Assembly (NCBI GenBank): GCA_965140445.1 | Contig: OZ223236.1 | Span: forward strand, 5,120,001-5,184,000 | Direction: 5' to 3' | DNA from: Candidatus Ozemobacteraceae bacterium | GTDB lineage: Bacteria; Muiribacteriota; Ozemobacteria; Ozemobacterales; Ozemobacteraceae | DNA length: 64,000 nt | Part shown: one piece after another, positions 38,621 through 49,000 of the stretch | Layout: every line of letters starts with the position of its first letter | Position numbering within the stretch: position 1 is the first letter of the stretch | The notes under the pieces: model-generated | The model's database searches: none | Told to the model about the DNA's origin: nothing | The model's input: only the letters and a program-made list of their open reading frames with translations | Position numbers and translations under genes: made by a program

Positions 38621-40837
38621 ATGAAAAGACTTTATATTCTTTATTTTCTGATTTTTGCGCTACTTTCCTCCACTCAATTAATCTATGCACAAGAGCCAGT
38701 CTTAACGATTAATGATTACTATGGTAAAAGCAAAAATCAGTTGCTCGTTATACCAACACTCAATCAAAGCGAAAACGAATTAAATCGCACTAATGAACAA
38801 AGTCTTAAACTCAAAAAATTTCTGGACCAATTTGGACCAGTAAAAATTTTGAACGATAAAGAGTTCTCTCCATCAATGGCAAAAGATAATACGGTCATAA
38901 TATTTGGAACAGAAAAAACGAACTCAGTTTTAAAGAAATACTCAAAATCCATTCCTCTAGTAAGCTCTCCAAACGGGATAAAATTTTACAATAGAATCTA
39001 TAAAGGCAAGGACATTTCTGCCATTTTTGTGAACCAAATTGAAAACCAAAACTGCCTGATTTTTTACATGCCCGATTTAAGTTTTTTGCAAAATGCATTT
39101 GATATTTCGCATGGGGGAACTAGTTTCCTGATATTCTCAAACTTATCCTATAAGAGTCAGACTCCTTCAATTGCGATGGGGAATTTTCAAAGTAAAGACG
39201 GAGCCTGGGAAATAAATCCATATTCTCTGGTTGAAGGCCAACCATCCGATTCTGAATTAATTGTTCTAGGCTGCCAGGAAGAAAATGGCTTTAACGTGGG
39301 AGACATAATAAAAGAAATTAATGGAAAAACTGTTCTATTATCAACAGTAAATGAGATACTTGAAAATCTTGTTCCAGCAAAAACCTATGACTGTATTGTA
39401 TCTCGTGGAAACCAGGACATTACAATACCCATAAATGCTTCAACAAGTAAAACTTTGTCATTTGGATTTATACCAACTGAGACAACTCCTATAAAATCCG
39501 TTCTTTTCAAAAAAGAAGCAGAAAGAGTTATTTATGTTTTCAAAAAAGCTTATATAGATCCATTCAACTATTTAAAATCAGAAAAATTTAAAAAAGAGTG
39601 TCAAGAGTTGCTGGATACCAACGCAAAAAGTGAGCTATCCATACTGGAAGTCATAAAAAAACTCTCAAAATTTGCTGCTTCATTTAATGATGGACATGTT
39701 TACTTGAGCTTTAATAAATTCATTCCGTTCCTTTGGGAAAATTACAAAAGAAACAATACCTTACTATTCCCATTTCAGCCGTTTTTAAAGGGAGGAAAAT
39801 TTTTTGTTCCTCCTAATCAATTTGAAATTCCTGTTGGAGCTGAAATAATTGGCATAAATAACACTCCGATAGCAAAAATACTTAAAAAGCTTTCTCTATT
39901 TGCACCAGGAGAAACATTTGAGAATAAGCTTACCGATTTCGCAAAAAAAGATTTTTACCATTATTTCTATTTAGCTTATGGTTCAAAGGAAACCTTCAAA
40001 TTAACCTTAGACTGTAGTGGCAATAAAAAAATACTGGAAGTTCCAGGAGTAGCTTTTTACGATCTAGAGAACAATTGCCCTCAAAATTCTGAAAGCATCT
40101 GGACAATGATAAATGATAAGCTAATGTATTTTAGCCTTGGTTCATTCAGCTTCAATGATGATCTTGAAAATGGAATAAGTGACCTCTTTTCTGAGCTTGT
40201 TGAGAAAAAGGTTCCTGCATTAATAATTGATATAAGGGAAAATGGAGGTGGAAGCACTTCTTCGCTTAATTTTCTTACTGAAAAATTAACAAGCCAACCT
40301 TATAAAGTCTATAACATGTGTCGAAGCAAGAAATCCAGATACGCTGAAGCTCAAGGAGCTGGTTTCGACCAGGATATGGCATATGGGCAGACAAGAAGTT
40401 ACACAATAGATAATTTTAGCCAGGCAGAAGAAACAGAAGGCATCTATAGTGGAAGAGTTTACGTTTTAACTGGTGCTCAAACCTTTTCAACTGCTTTTGA
40501 TTTTGCAAGCGTAATGAAAAACCTTAAAAGAGCAAAAATAATTGGATTGCCAGCTGGAGGTAGAATGATTCAAACAGGAGATCATTTTCAGCTCCAAGTT
40601 TTTAACCGATTTACTCTTTCAGTACCTTACAAGGATTTTTTACCAGCCTTACCTGAGCTAAAAAATTACTCAACAAAAAAAGGGAAATCATTATTGAAAC
40701 CAGACGTTTTAGTTGAATACACAAGTTTAGCCGCATCAAACAACATAGACCCATGCATCGAAATTATTGAAAAGTTGGAAGCCAACTTGAAGTCTTCAGA
40801 AAAGTTTGAAGCTTTGCATAGAGAAAACTCAAATTAA
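38621..40837 (+). CDS. Secreted S41 family peptidase with PDZ-like segments
   Basis: Signal peptide; GDIIKEINGK and GAEIIGINN (PDZ-like); FNDGH; LIIDIRENGGGS; TFSTAFDF; IIG.PAGG; KPDV. Confidence 0.8.
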   Translation: MKRLYILYFLIFALLSSTQLIYAQEPVLTINDYYGKSKNQLLVIPTLNQSENELNRTNEQSLKLKKFLDQFGPVKILNDKEFSPSMAKDNTVIIFGTEKTNSVLKKYSKSIPLVSSPNGIKFYNRIYKGKDISAIFVNQIENQNCLIFYMPDLSFLQNAFDISHGGTSFLIFSNLSYKSQTPSIAMGNFQSKDGAWEINPYSLVEGQPSDSELIVLGCQEENGFNVGDIIKEINGKTVLLSTVNEILENLVPAKTYDCIVSRGNQDITIPINASTSKTLSFGFIPTETTPIKSVLFKKEAERVIYVFKKAYIDPFNYLKSEKFKKECQELLDTNAKSELSILEVIKKLSKFAASFNDGHVYLSFNKFIPFLWENYKRNNTLLFPFQPFLKGGKFFVPPNQFEIPVGAEIIGINNTPIAKILKKLSLFAPGETFENKLTDFAKKDFYHYFYLAYGSKETFKLTLDCSGNKKILEVPGVAFYDLENNCPQNSESIWTMINDKLMYFSLGSFSFNDDLENGISDLFSELVEKKVPALIIDIRENGGGSTSSLNFLTEKLTSQPYKVYNMCRSKKSRYAEAQGAGFDQDMAYGQTRSYTIDNFSQAEETEGIYSGRVYVLTGAQTFSTAFDFASVMKNLKRAKIIGLPAGGRMIQTGDHFQLQVFNRFTLSVPYKDFLPALPELKNYSTKKGKSLLKPDVLVEYTSLAASNNIDPCIEIIEKLEANLKSSEKFEALHRENSN

Positions 40838-40841
40838 TCAA

Positions 40842-41576
40842 ATGAATCAAAGTATCCAAATTCATTTAAATGAGGTTGAAGAAGCTTTTAATCCATATTT
40901 GAATGAGAAATCGAACAACGGCTACAACTCTCCGACGCCAACTCTTGGGATTTCTTTACCAACCTCCAGAATGCTACTAAAAAAAGGTTATAGTTTTTTT
41001 TCAAAAACTCCGGATGAAATTCTAAAAATATGGGATTTTATCTGGAAAAATGCGAAACATGTTGAAACAATGGGACAAGCCATCCGCTTTTATGAAAAAA
41101 AGTCTCTTTCGGAAAACGAGCTTGCGACAATACTTTCCTGGGTAGATAGATGTGATAATTGGGCACACAGCGATGGACTTTCAGACATATATTCATTAGC
41201 CCTGGAAGAAAATCCACAGATAATGCTTCCTGTTCTGGAAATCTGGAATAACCACAATAATCCATGGAAAAGAAGACAATCAGTTGTTAGCCTCTTATAT
41301 TATTCTAGAGCAAGGAAAAGGTACCTTGAGTATGAAAAGTTGATTTCACTTGTATCTAATCTAATTCAAGACAAGCATTACTATGTTCAAAAAGGCGTTG
41401 GTTGGGCAATAAGAGAAATTTTCAACTTGTATCCAGAACAAACTGAGAAGTTTCTGCTTGAAAACGTTTTAAAGATACAACCTGCCTCATGGCAGGCATC
41501 TACAGAGAAATTATCCAAATCATTTAAATCCCAACTCACCGAATTGCGAAAATCCCGAAAAAGAAAAGCCAGTTAA
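40842..41576 (+). CDS. DNA alkylation repair protein (AlkD-like HEAT-repeat glycosylase)
   Basis: DNWAHSDGL, WKRRQSVV, YYVQKGVGWAIRE. Likely ATG at 40842. Confidence 0.82.
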   Translation: MNQSIQIHLNEVEEAFNPYLNEKSNNGYNSPTPTLGISLPTSRMLLKKGYSFFSKTPDEILKIWDFIWKNAKHVETMGQAIRFYEKKSLSENELATILSWVDRCDNWAHSDGLSDIYSLALEENPQIMLPVLEIWNNHNNPWKRRQSVVSLLYYSRARKRYLEYEKLISLVSNLIQDKHYYVQKGVGWAIREIFNLYPEQTEKFLLENVLKIQPASWQASTEKLSKSFKSQLTELRKSRKRKAS

Positions 41577-41659
41577 CACAGTCATCCAAATTAATGATTT
41601 TTAATGGAATAGAGTCTATACTAGACAAAAGTAATGAGAATTCTTCGGAGGCAAAGTAA

Positions 41660-42550
41660 ATGCGACTACCTTTTTTTATAATTCTTTCAGCTATTTTAAT
41701 TTTAATTTCTCCTGCACTGTCATTTGCTCTAACAGGTGAAACAGCTCGTAAAATGCTTGTTGAATCAGGCTGGTCACCCCTTATTGCAGAAGAAATTATA
41801 GCAAGAGTCGAAAATGCTCAAGGAAGAATGGTTGCGGTTTTTGACCATGACAATACTCTCGTTAGCGGCGATATAACAGAAGGAAATGAAAAAAACCAAC
41901 CTGGTTTCATGAACATACTGCTAAAAAAATTGTATTCTCAGAACAAGCTGAATGTAAAAATCCCTGAAAAGTATGCTGAAGACCCTTGGGGATTTTACCA
42001 TAATTGGGCCAAGCACGATCCTCAGGCAGCATATGGCTGGATTTGTACTCTCCTTGCCGGGCAAAAACCAGAAACAGTATTAAAATATTCCAAATCCTAT
42101 TATGAAAAATACATGAAAAACGCAATTTTTCCTGAAATGTTAACTCTTGTAAAAGTGCTTCAGGATATGGGTGTTGAAGTTTATGTAGTTTCAGCAAGTG
42201 CTCATAATATAGTCATCGCCGCAGCCCAATATTTCAACATACCTGTAAACAGAGTTTTTGGAATCAGATTAAAAATAGAAAATGATCGCATAACGAATAA
42301 AATTATTAACCCAATAAGCTTTGCGGCAGGCAAGACGTGGTATATAAAGAATTTTGTTGGAGAATTTCCAAAAGGCAATATTATGACCTTTGGCGATAGC
42401 TACAGAACTGATGGCCATATGCTAAGATTTGCGGCAAGACAGGGTGGACTTGGACTTTTGGTGAATCCAGCTAAGGCTCAAATCGAAACTCTTGAAAAAA
42501 ACAATATAGCTCACTACAGCCTTCCCAGCAAACCTCTTCTAGATTGGTAA
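41660..42550 (+). CDS. Exported HAD-superfamily phosphatase (phosphorylcholine/acid phosphatase-like)
   Basis: Signal peptide; AVFDHDNTL (DxDxT), YVVSAS, GK, FGDS...D. Confidence 0.8.
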   Translation: MRLPFFIILSAILILISPALSFALTGETARKMLVESGWSPLIAEEIIARVENAQGRMVAVFDHDNTLVSGDITEGNEKNQPGFMNILLKKLYSQNKLNVKIPEKYAEDPWGFYHNWAKHDPQAAYGWICTLLAGQKPETVLKYSKSYYEKYMKNAIFPEMLTLVKVLQDMGVEVYVVSASAHNIVIAAAQYFNIPVNRVFGIRLKIENDRITNKIINPISFAAGKTWYIKNFVGEFPKGNIMTFGDSYRTDGHMLRFAARQGGLGLLVNPAKAQIETLEKNNIAHYSLPSKPLLDW

Positions 42551-42617
42551 AAAAATCTTTTCCCAGATAGCCTTTCACTGTCAATTAAGAAAATCATAAA
42601 TTTCGGAATTTAATAAT

Positions 42618-44891
42618 ATGAAGCTAACAAAGTTTCGCCTGATCATAGGGCTGCTGTTTTTATTCTTATTGGCAGGAATAGTTGCTGAAAAAATCGTCAG
42701 CAACTATTCCGATGGTTCAATAGCTGCTCCAGACGTTACTTATCTTTTCTTCTTAATCGGCATGGTCCTCCTGTTGATTCGCTTAGAGCTATATTCCTAC
42801 GCTCTGGTTTCCGTTTACGGGGCTTCTATTTTTTTCTGCTTCCTGTATTTTTTTATTGCCCCATATGAGGCTCCAATAGCAATATCCCTCTTCTTCTTTC
42901 CAGCGATGCTCTGGCAAAGAAAAAAAATTAGTTTTCCAATAGTTTGCCTTCTTGGGGCAATAATAGTTTTCGTTTGCTGGAAAATTCTTGGAAGGCCAAT
43001 CATTTTGGCTCTGCTTTTCCCTGCAAGCCATCTCCTGGCCATTCGTTTATCACCAGAAGTTTCCACGCGACATTCATCTGAATCCATTGAAAAAAAGAAC
43101 AAGTTAAGCCTAAAGCAAAAGCATCAACGAAAGTTCTCTCAAAAGCATTTTGCGGGTAATTTTTTAACATCTGTTATCAATGAAATTGAAGAGTTCCCAG
43201 ATAGAATAAAGGATTTTTGGGGTGACCATTTTCATGAAGGACCAATAAAACATCAGGGTAAAAACAGTGTCCTGGACCTGGACTTAATAAGACTACAAGA
43301 TTCCAAAATTATGTCTCAGGCCTTAACAGATCTAAAGAAAAGAGATAACGCTTTTGAAGATGATGAATTTATAGAAAGAATAGAAAAAGTTTTCTGGAAA
43401 GTTCAAGAGGCCTGGTATTCACAAAATATAGCCATTATACAGCCTTTTATTTCGGATGCTTTGTTCGAGCAATTCGAGCACCAGATAAAAGATCAGAAAG
43501 AAGCTGGAATTAAGTATTCGATGAATAACATGAGAATTTATGAAACAAGAATTGTCCAGGTTAATTCAGACCAAAATTTCGATGTAATTAATGTTTTTGT
43601 TAGAGCTTCTTCAGCTGATTCAATGCTAGATATCCAAACTGGTGAAATTTTGGGAGAAAACCAGGAAACGCGTAAATTCTGCGAATATTGGACTTTTATA
43701 CGAAAACCATCCGCAAAAACTCTAAAAAAGCCAGGCCTACTAGAATGTTCCTGTCCAAATTGTTCTATCCCATTAAAAATAGGTCAAGCAACAATTTGTA
43801 ATGCTTGCCAATCTTTTATCAGATCAGGAGAGTATGACTGGGTTTTAGCAAAAATAACACAAGCTTGCGAATGGGAGTATTTCGAGCCAAGCCTGATACC
43901 AGATTGGAAACAAATGCTAAAAATCGATCCAAATTTTACCAGCCATCAAATTGAAGATAGGTCTGCAGTGATATTTTGGGCTCTTCGAATGTCAGAAAGA
44001 TTGGGTAGCGTAGATCCAGCACGAAGATTTTCTACTGAAGCTCTTTGTACAACACTTTTCACCCACAGAGAGACAACTTCTTCTCTGGGGTGGGATATAA
44101 TGGAAAACCTTAATTTGGCTTCAACAAGTTTACAGGGATTCAAACTGGGAAATTTTAAAGACAGAGCATTCATGCTCATAGTTTGGAGCGGAATACCCCT
44201 TAAAAAAGACAGTAATGGAAAAGTAGTAACAGAAAAAAGAGTTAATCGTGTTGTAAAAGACGTTTATGTCTTAACACGAAACCACGGATCAAAAACCAAC
44301 CTGGAGACAACTCTAACAAGCTCTCATTGTCCCAATTGTGGTGGAGCTTTATCCTCCAGCTTTGCTATTTCCTGCAAGTATTGCGATTCAATTTTAAATG
44401 AAGGAAACAATAATTGGATTTTGGAGAAAGTTGTTAATGAAAATGATCCAGATTACCTAAAAATTTTAAATGCTAAAGCAGAAATAGCGCAAAAGCATAA
44501 CTCTGAACCACAAAATTGCTCTGCGCGGGATTTAATTACCATAATGGCACAAATACTACTTGCAGATGGAAAAGTCGCCGTAGAAGAGTTTTCCCTGCTG
44601 GAAAAAATAGCCGCCCAATATGACATGGATGAGTCAGAAATAAACTCTATAATTTATTCATTAAATGCAGGGCAAGTTTACATACCGGCGCCATCGAACT
44701 CTAAAGAAGCCTGGAATCTTTTATCTCATGCGGTAAAAATGGCTCTATGCGATGGCTTCATTGATGAAAAAGAGTTAAAATGCCTTGCAGTTCTTGCTAA
44801 AAGAATCGGTTACTCGAATGCCGATCTTCAAAGAGCGATAAGAATTGAAGAAAGTAAGCGAAGCTTCGAAGAACAAGAAAATTCTCACTAA
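42618..44891 (+). CDS. Membrane protein with two Tim44-like domains, two zinc ribbons and C-terminal TerB-like repeats
   Basis: DNAF...F...VFWKVQEAW...EYWTFIR (Tim44); CPNC..CNAC; second DPNF unit; CPNC..CKYC; LADGKV..EE and LCDGFIDEKE (TerB-like). Confidence 0.75.
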   Translation: MKLTKFRLIIGLLFLFLLAGIVAEKIVSNYSDGSIAAPDVTYLFFLIGMVLLLIRLELYSYALVSVYGASIFFCFLYFFIAPYEAPIAISLFFFPAMLWQRKKISFPIVCLLGAIIVFVCWKILGRPIILALLFPASHLLAIRLSPEVSTRHSSESIEKKNKLSLKQKHQRKFSQKHFAGNFLTSVINEIEEFPDRIKDFWGDHFHEGPIKHQGKNSVLDLDLIRLQDSKIMSQALTDLKKRDNAFEDDEFIERIEKVFWKVQEAWYSQNIAIIQPFISDALFEQFEHQIKDQKEAGIKYSMNNMRIYETRIVQVNSDQNFDVINVFVRASSADSMLDIQTGEILGENQETRKFCEYWTFIRKPSAKTLKKPGLLECSCPNCSIPLKIGQATICNACQSFIRSGEYDWVLAKITQACEWEYFEPSLIPDWKQMLKIDPNFTSHQIEDRSAVIFWALRMSERLGSVDPARRFSTEALCTTLFTHRETTSSLGWDIMENLNLASTSLQGFKLGNFKDRAFMLIVWSGIPLKKDSNGKVVTEKRVNRVVKDVYVLTRNHGSKTNLETTLTSSHCPNCGGALSSSFAISCKYCDSILNEGNNNWILEKVVNENDPDYLKILNAKAEIAQKHNSEPQNCSARDLITIMAQILLADGKVAVEEFSLLEKIAAQYDMDESEINSIIYSLNAGQVYIPAPSNSKEAWNLLSHAVKMALCDGFIDEKELKCLAVLAKRIGYSNADLQRAIRIEESKRSFEEQENSH

Positions 44892-45044
44892 AACGCTTAA
44901 CAGATCAACCCAGTGAAAGATATTTAATCTTTTTTGTTTTAAAACGCCCTTTTATGGCTAAATTTGGCAAAAACCCCATTTGGCATCCATTTATTATTTC
45001 TTAAACCAGGAAGATACTATTTCCTCTTAAATACGAATAAATGA

Positions 45045-45629
45045 ATGGTGTATTTTCTGGTAACCACATATCAAAAAGTCCAAAAGATTGAATCACTTTA
45101 TAAAGCAATAGATAAAGAGATCAAAAACTTCAAACAAGAGCTGGGTATCGAATGCAAAACCCACTGCTCAAAATGCTGCGAATATGACGACATTCAGGCA
45201 AACCCTTTAGAATTTATCCCTTTTGCATATCATGCTCACCGGCTTGGGCAACTGGATGAATGGTTTGATAAAATTGAAGCACATGATAGCAAAAAATGCA
45301 TTTTTCATGTGCAGGAAAATGGAAAATGGGGATGTAAAATCTACCCTGTAAGAGGTTTGATTTGCAGAATTTTCGGTTTTTCAGCAACAACCAGTAAAAC
45401 AGGAGCTCCTCAGCTAGCTTCTTGCAATATCATAAAAGGACTTCAACCTGATCATGGTGCAAGATTCGATTCTCTAATCAAAAGAAGTAAAAAAATCCCC
45501 ACAATAAGTTCTCTTTATAAGCGTCTTGAAGCTATAGATCCGACTTCAGGCAACGCTTGTCTCCCAATAAACAAAGCAATCCAGAAATCTCTGGAAAAAG
45601 TTTACTTTTACTTCTCACTAAAGTCCTGA
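45045..45629 (+). CDS. YkgJ family Cys-cluster (CxxxCxxCC) protein
   Basis: CKTHCSKCC, CIF...CKIYPVRGLICR. Confidence 0.85.
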   Translation: MVYFLVTTYQKVQKIESLYKAIDKEIKNFKQELGIECKTHCSKCCEYDDIQANPLEFIPFAYHAHRLGQLDEWFDKIEAHDSKKCIFHVQENGKWGCKIYPVRGLICRIFGFSATTSKTGAPQLASCNIIKGLQPDHGARFDSLIKRSKKIPTISSLYKRLEAIDPTSGNACLPINKAIQKSLEKVYFYFSLKS

Positions 45630-45637
45630 TAACGGGT

Positions 45638-46045
45638 TCAACTATCCTCTGAGATCAATTTTAGCTTCACTAACTCTTTAACAAATTTACTCTTGTCAAT
45701 TGGTTTTACAAGATAAGAATCGCATAAACCATAAAACGCCTTATTAATATTGCTTAAGTCGCCTAAGGCTGTTGTCATAATGATCTTGGCTCCGCCATTT
45801 GTAGAAAACAGCCCTCTGGACTCTTCTTGTTCTCTAATCTTTGTTAAAGCTTCTTGTCCGTCCATTTGAGGCATCATAATATCAAGACAAATCAAATCGT
45901 ATGGCTCCAACTCATTTAATGCATTTTTAACTGCGCTTAAAGCTTCCTTGCCATTTACAGCAACATGGGATGGCCCATACTTTTTTAAAATTTCCTGAAG
46001 AACCATTCGGCAAGTGAAATCATCTTCAACTATTAAAGTTTTCAT
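45638..46045 (-). CDS. Single-domain response regulator
   Basis: LIVEDD, CLDIMMP, MTTA, YLVKP. Confidence 0.93.
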   Translation of the reverse strand: MKTLIVEDDFTCRMVLQEILKKYGPSHVAVNGKEALSAVKNALNELEPYDLICLDIMMPQMDGQEALTKIREQEESRGLFSTNGGAKIIMTTALGDLSNINKAFYGLCDSYLVKPIDKSKFVKELVKLKLISEDS

Positions 46046-46063
46046 CGTTCCTCCTAAAGACTT

Positions 46064-49000
46064 CTACTCGATCCAATCCAGCATAGCGTTTTTTAACTCT
46101 GTGTAGGAGTTTTCAAGCTCCTTAGCAAGCTCTTTGGCTAAGGCCAAATTTCCTGATTTTGCCGCTCTTTCAATATCAAAAGCGAGTTTTCTTAATCCTT
46201 CTCCCCCAACGTTAGACGAAGCTCCTTTTATACTGTGAGCGATAAGAGCAACTTCTTTAACATTTTCATCATTTAAAGATCGATTCAATTCTACGACTTG
46301 TGCAGGCGTATCTTCAAGAAAGCAGCGAACAATAGATTCAGCTAACTCTCTATCCCCCATCATTCGCCCCATTAAAGTACTAACATCAAAACAGTCAGAA
46401 TTAATATCCGATCCATCCACTTTTTTCCTCCCTTCGGACAGCTTTTTTGCATCAATTTCAGCGCTATCTTCTTTTTGTTTAAGTCCTTTCTTAAGCCAAA
46501 ATTTTATCTTCTCAAGAAGTTGCAAAGGATTTATAGGCTTTGAAAGGTAGTCATTGGTGCCAGCATCAATACACCTTTCTCTATCACCTTGTAAAGCATG
46601 AGCAGTCAAGGCTACAATCGGAATTTTACTGTTTTCGACCCCCGCACCCCCATTTCGAATAATTCTGGTAGCCTCAAGGCCGTCCATTTCTGGCATCTGA
46701 ATATCCATTAAAATCAAATCATACTTAAAAACCTTCAGTGCCTTCAAAACTTCTGATCCATTTACAACTGGATCAGTATTCAGCCCCATTTTATTTAGAA
46801 TCCCCATAGCAACCTGTTGATTGGTTATATTATCCTCTGCGAGCAGAATCCTGCTCTTTGAAAATTCTTTTAGTCCTTCTTGTTTAAAGGAAGTTTGAAC
46901 TTCTACAGCGCCCGATATTGCTTTGCGCTTTCCGTTAAGTATATCTAAGATTTCAGACTCTCGAAGAGGTTTCTGAACGAATCCACTAAAGCCACAGCTA
47001 ATTAGGCGCTTTTTATCTACTCTTTGTCTCAAAGTAGAAGTTAAAATCAAGTTCATTTTTGACAACTTTTCATCGGACTTGATCGCTTGCCCTAAAGCCA
47101 TACCATCCATACGAGGAAGATAAATATCAATAAATGCAAATTGTGCAGGTGTACCTTCTGCTGCTATTTCTGAAACAACTTTTAATGCTTGTATTGAATC
47201 AGAAACCGGAATTGTTTTTACTCCAAGAAATTTCAAAAGAGAGTCTGTCTCAAGAAGGCTATCAGGATTTCCATCAACAATTAATACAGAAATATCTTCA
47301 AAAGTTTCCTTTGAGTGGCTAGAAACAATAGATTCTTCTTCAGGAAGCTGCAACCTTAGTGAAAACCAAAATTTTGAGCCAACTCCAATATCGCTGGAAA
47401 CTCCAATGCTACCCCCCATTAAATCAACCAACTGCTTACATATAGCCAGACCTAGTCCTGTACCACCAAATTTTCTGGTTGAAGATGGGTCGACCTGAGA
47501 AAACTTGCTGAATAAAAGTTTTTGATCATCTTCTGAAATACCGATTCCCGTGTCTTCAATAAAAGCACACAGAGTAACTTCGTTTTCTCCAGAGGCTTCA
47601 GTGGCAATGCGAACTACGACCTTCCCTTCATCTGTAAATTTAATAGCATTGCCGACTAGATTAATTAAAACCTGTCTGATTCTATTTGGATCTCCAATTA
47701 CAAACCTTGGCACGTCAGGATTGATAATATTTACCAGATCAAGCTTCTTCTCTGTGGCGTTTACAGCCATCATGGTAGCTAAATTCTCGAAAATGTCTCG
47801 TAAATCAAATTTTTCAATGTGAAGCTCAAGCTTTCCAGCCTCAATCTTAGAAAAGTCCAAAATATCGTTAATAAGTGACAATAATGATTCGCCACTATTT
47901 TTTACAGTTACCGCATACCGTCTTTGTTCATCGTCTAATTCAGTGTCCAACAATAGGCTTGTCATACCAATAACGCCATTCATAGGCGTCCGAATCTCAT
48001 GGCTCATATTAGCCAGGAATTCACTCTTTGCTGTATTAGCACTTTCTGCTGACAAGGCCATTTCTCTGGCTTTAGCGTTTGCATTTTCCAAATCAAAATT
48101 TAGTTCGCTCAAAAACCTTAAAGCCTCTTTTAACTGCTCTTTCGCAATTTCCTGCTCAGTTACATCAGTCATTACAGTTAGCAACAAAGTCTCTTGTTGG
48201 TTTTCAACAATTACTGCGGATACCAAACCATTTAGTATTGATCCACTTTTGGTTTTAACCTGAACTTCTTTGTTTCTAATACTTCCAGATGACAGCAATT
48301 CTTCAGCAAGCTCAAACTGGCGGTCAAAGGCAGAGAATATTGGAATTTGCTTTATATTTCTTCCAATAACTTCATCGCGAGAATACCCCATTTTATTTAA
48401 AAACGCCTGATTAACTTCAACGAATCTACTTTCTGTTCCTTTGATTGCACTTACTGTCATCAACGAAGGATTACTATCAAACATTTGTTGGAATTTCTGC
48501 AATGCCTCCCTTAAGGGAGTGATATCTTTTGTAACAGCATACAGACAGTCACTACCATTCCATTTACCAGACCAAAGCCTTGTCTCAACATCAAGGCTGT
48601 TTCCAGAAGCTCTGAGCAATGGAATATTGCAAACTTCCTTATTTCCACTTAAAATTGCCGCAAAATCATTTCCAGCTTCTGAACGATTTTCATCAGCAAA
48701 AAGATCCTTTAGCGACATCTTCAGCAAGTCTTCCAGTTGATAGCCAAGCTTTTCTATACCAGCCTGGTTGGCAAAAACAATCTTTTCCTGCCTTGTGGCA
48801 ACAAAAACCATATCTTCGGTAGTTTCAAAGAAAGTTCTGAAATTGTCTTCACTTTCCTGTAATCGAATCTGAGATTCAACCTGATCTGTAACATCCATGT
48901 TTGCACCAGTTAAACTTAAAGCTTTCCCATTTTCATCAAATTCAACCAATGCAAAGGCTTTTATATAACGAATTTCTCCTGTTGGGCGCATTATTTTAAA

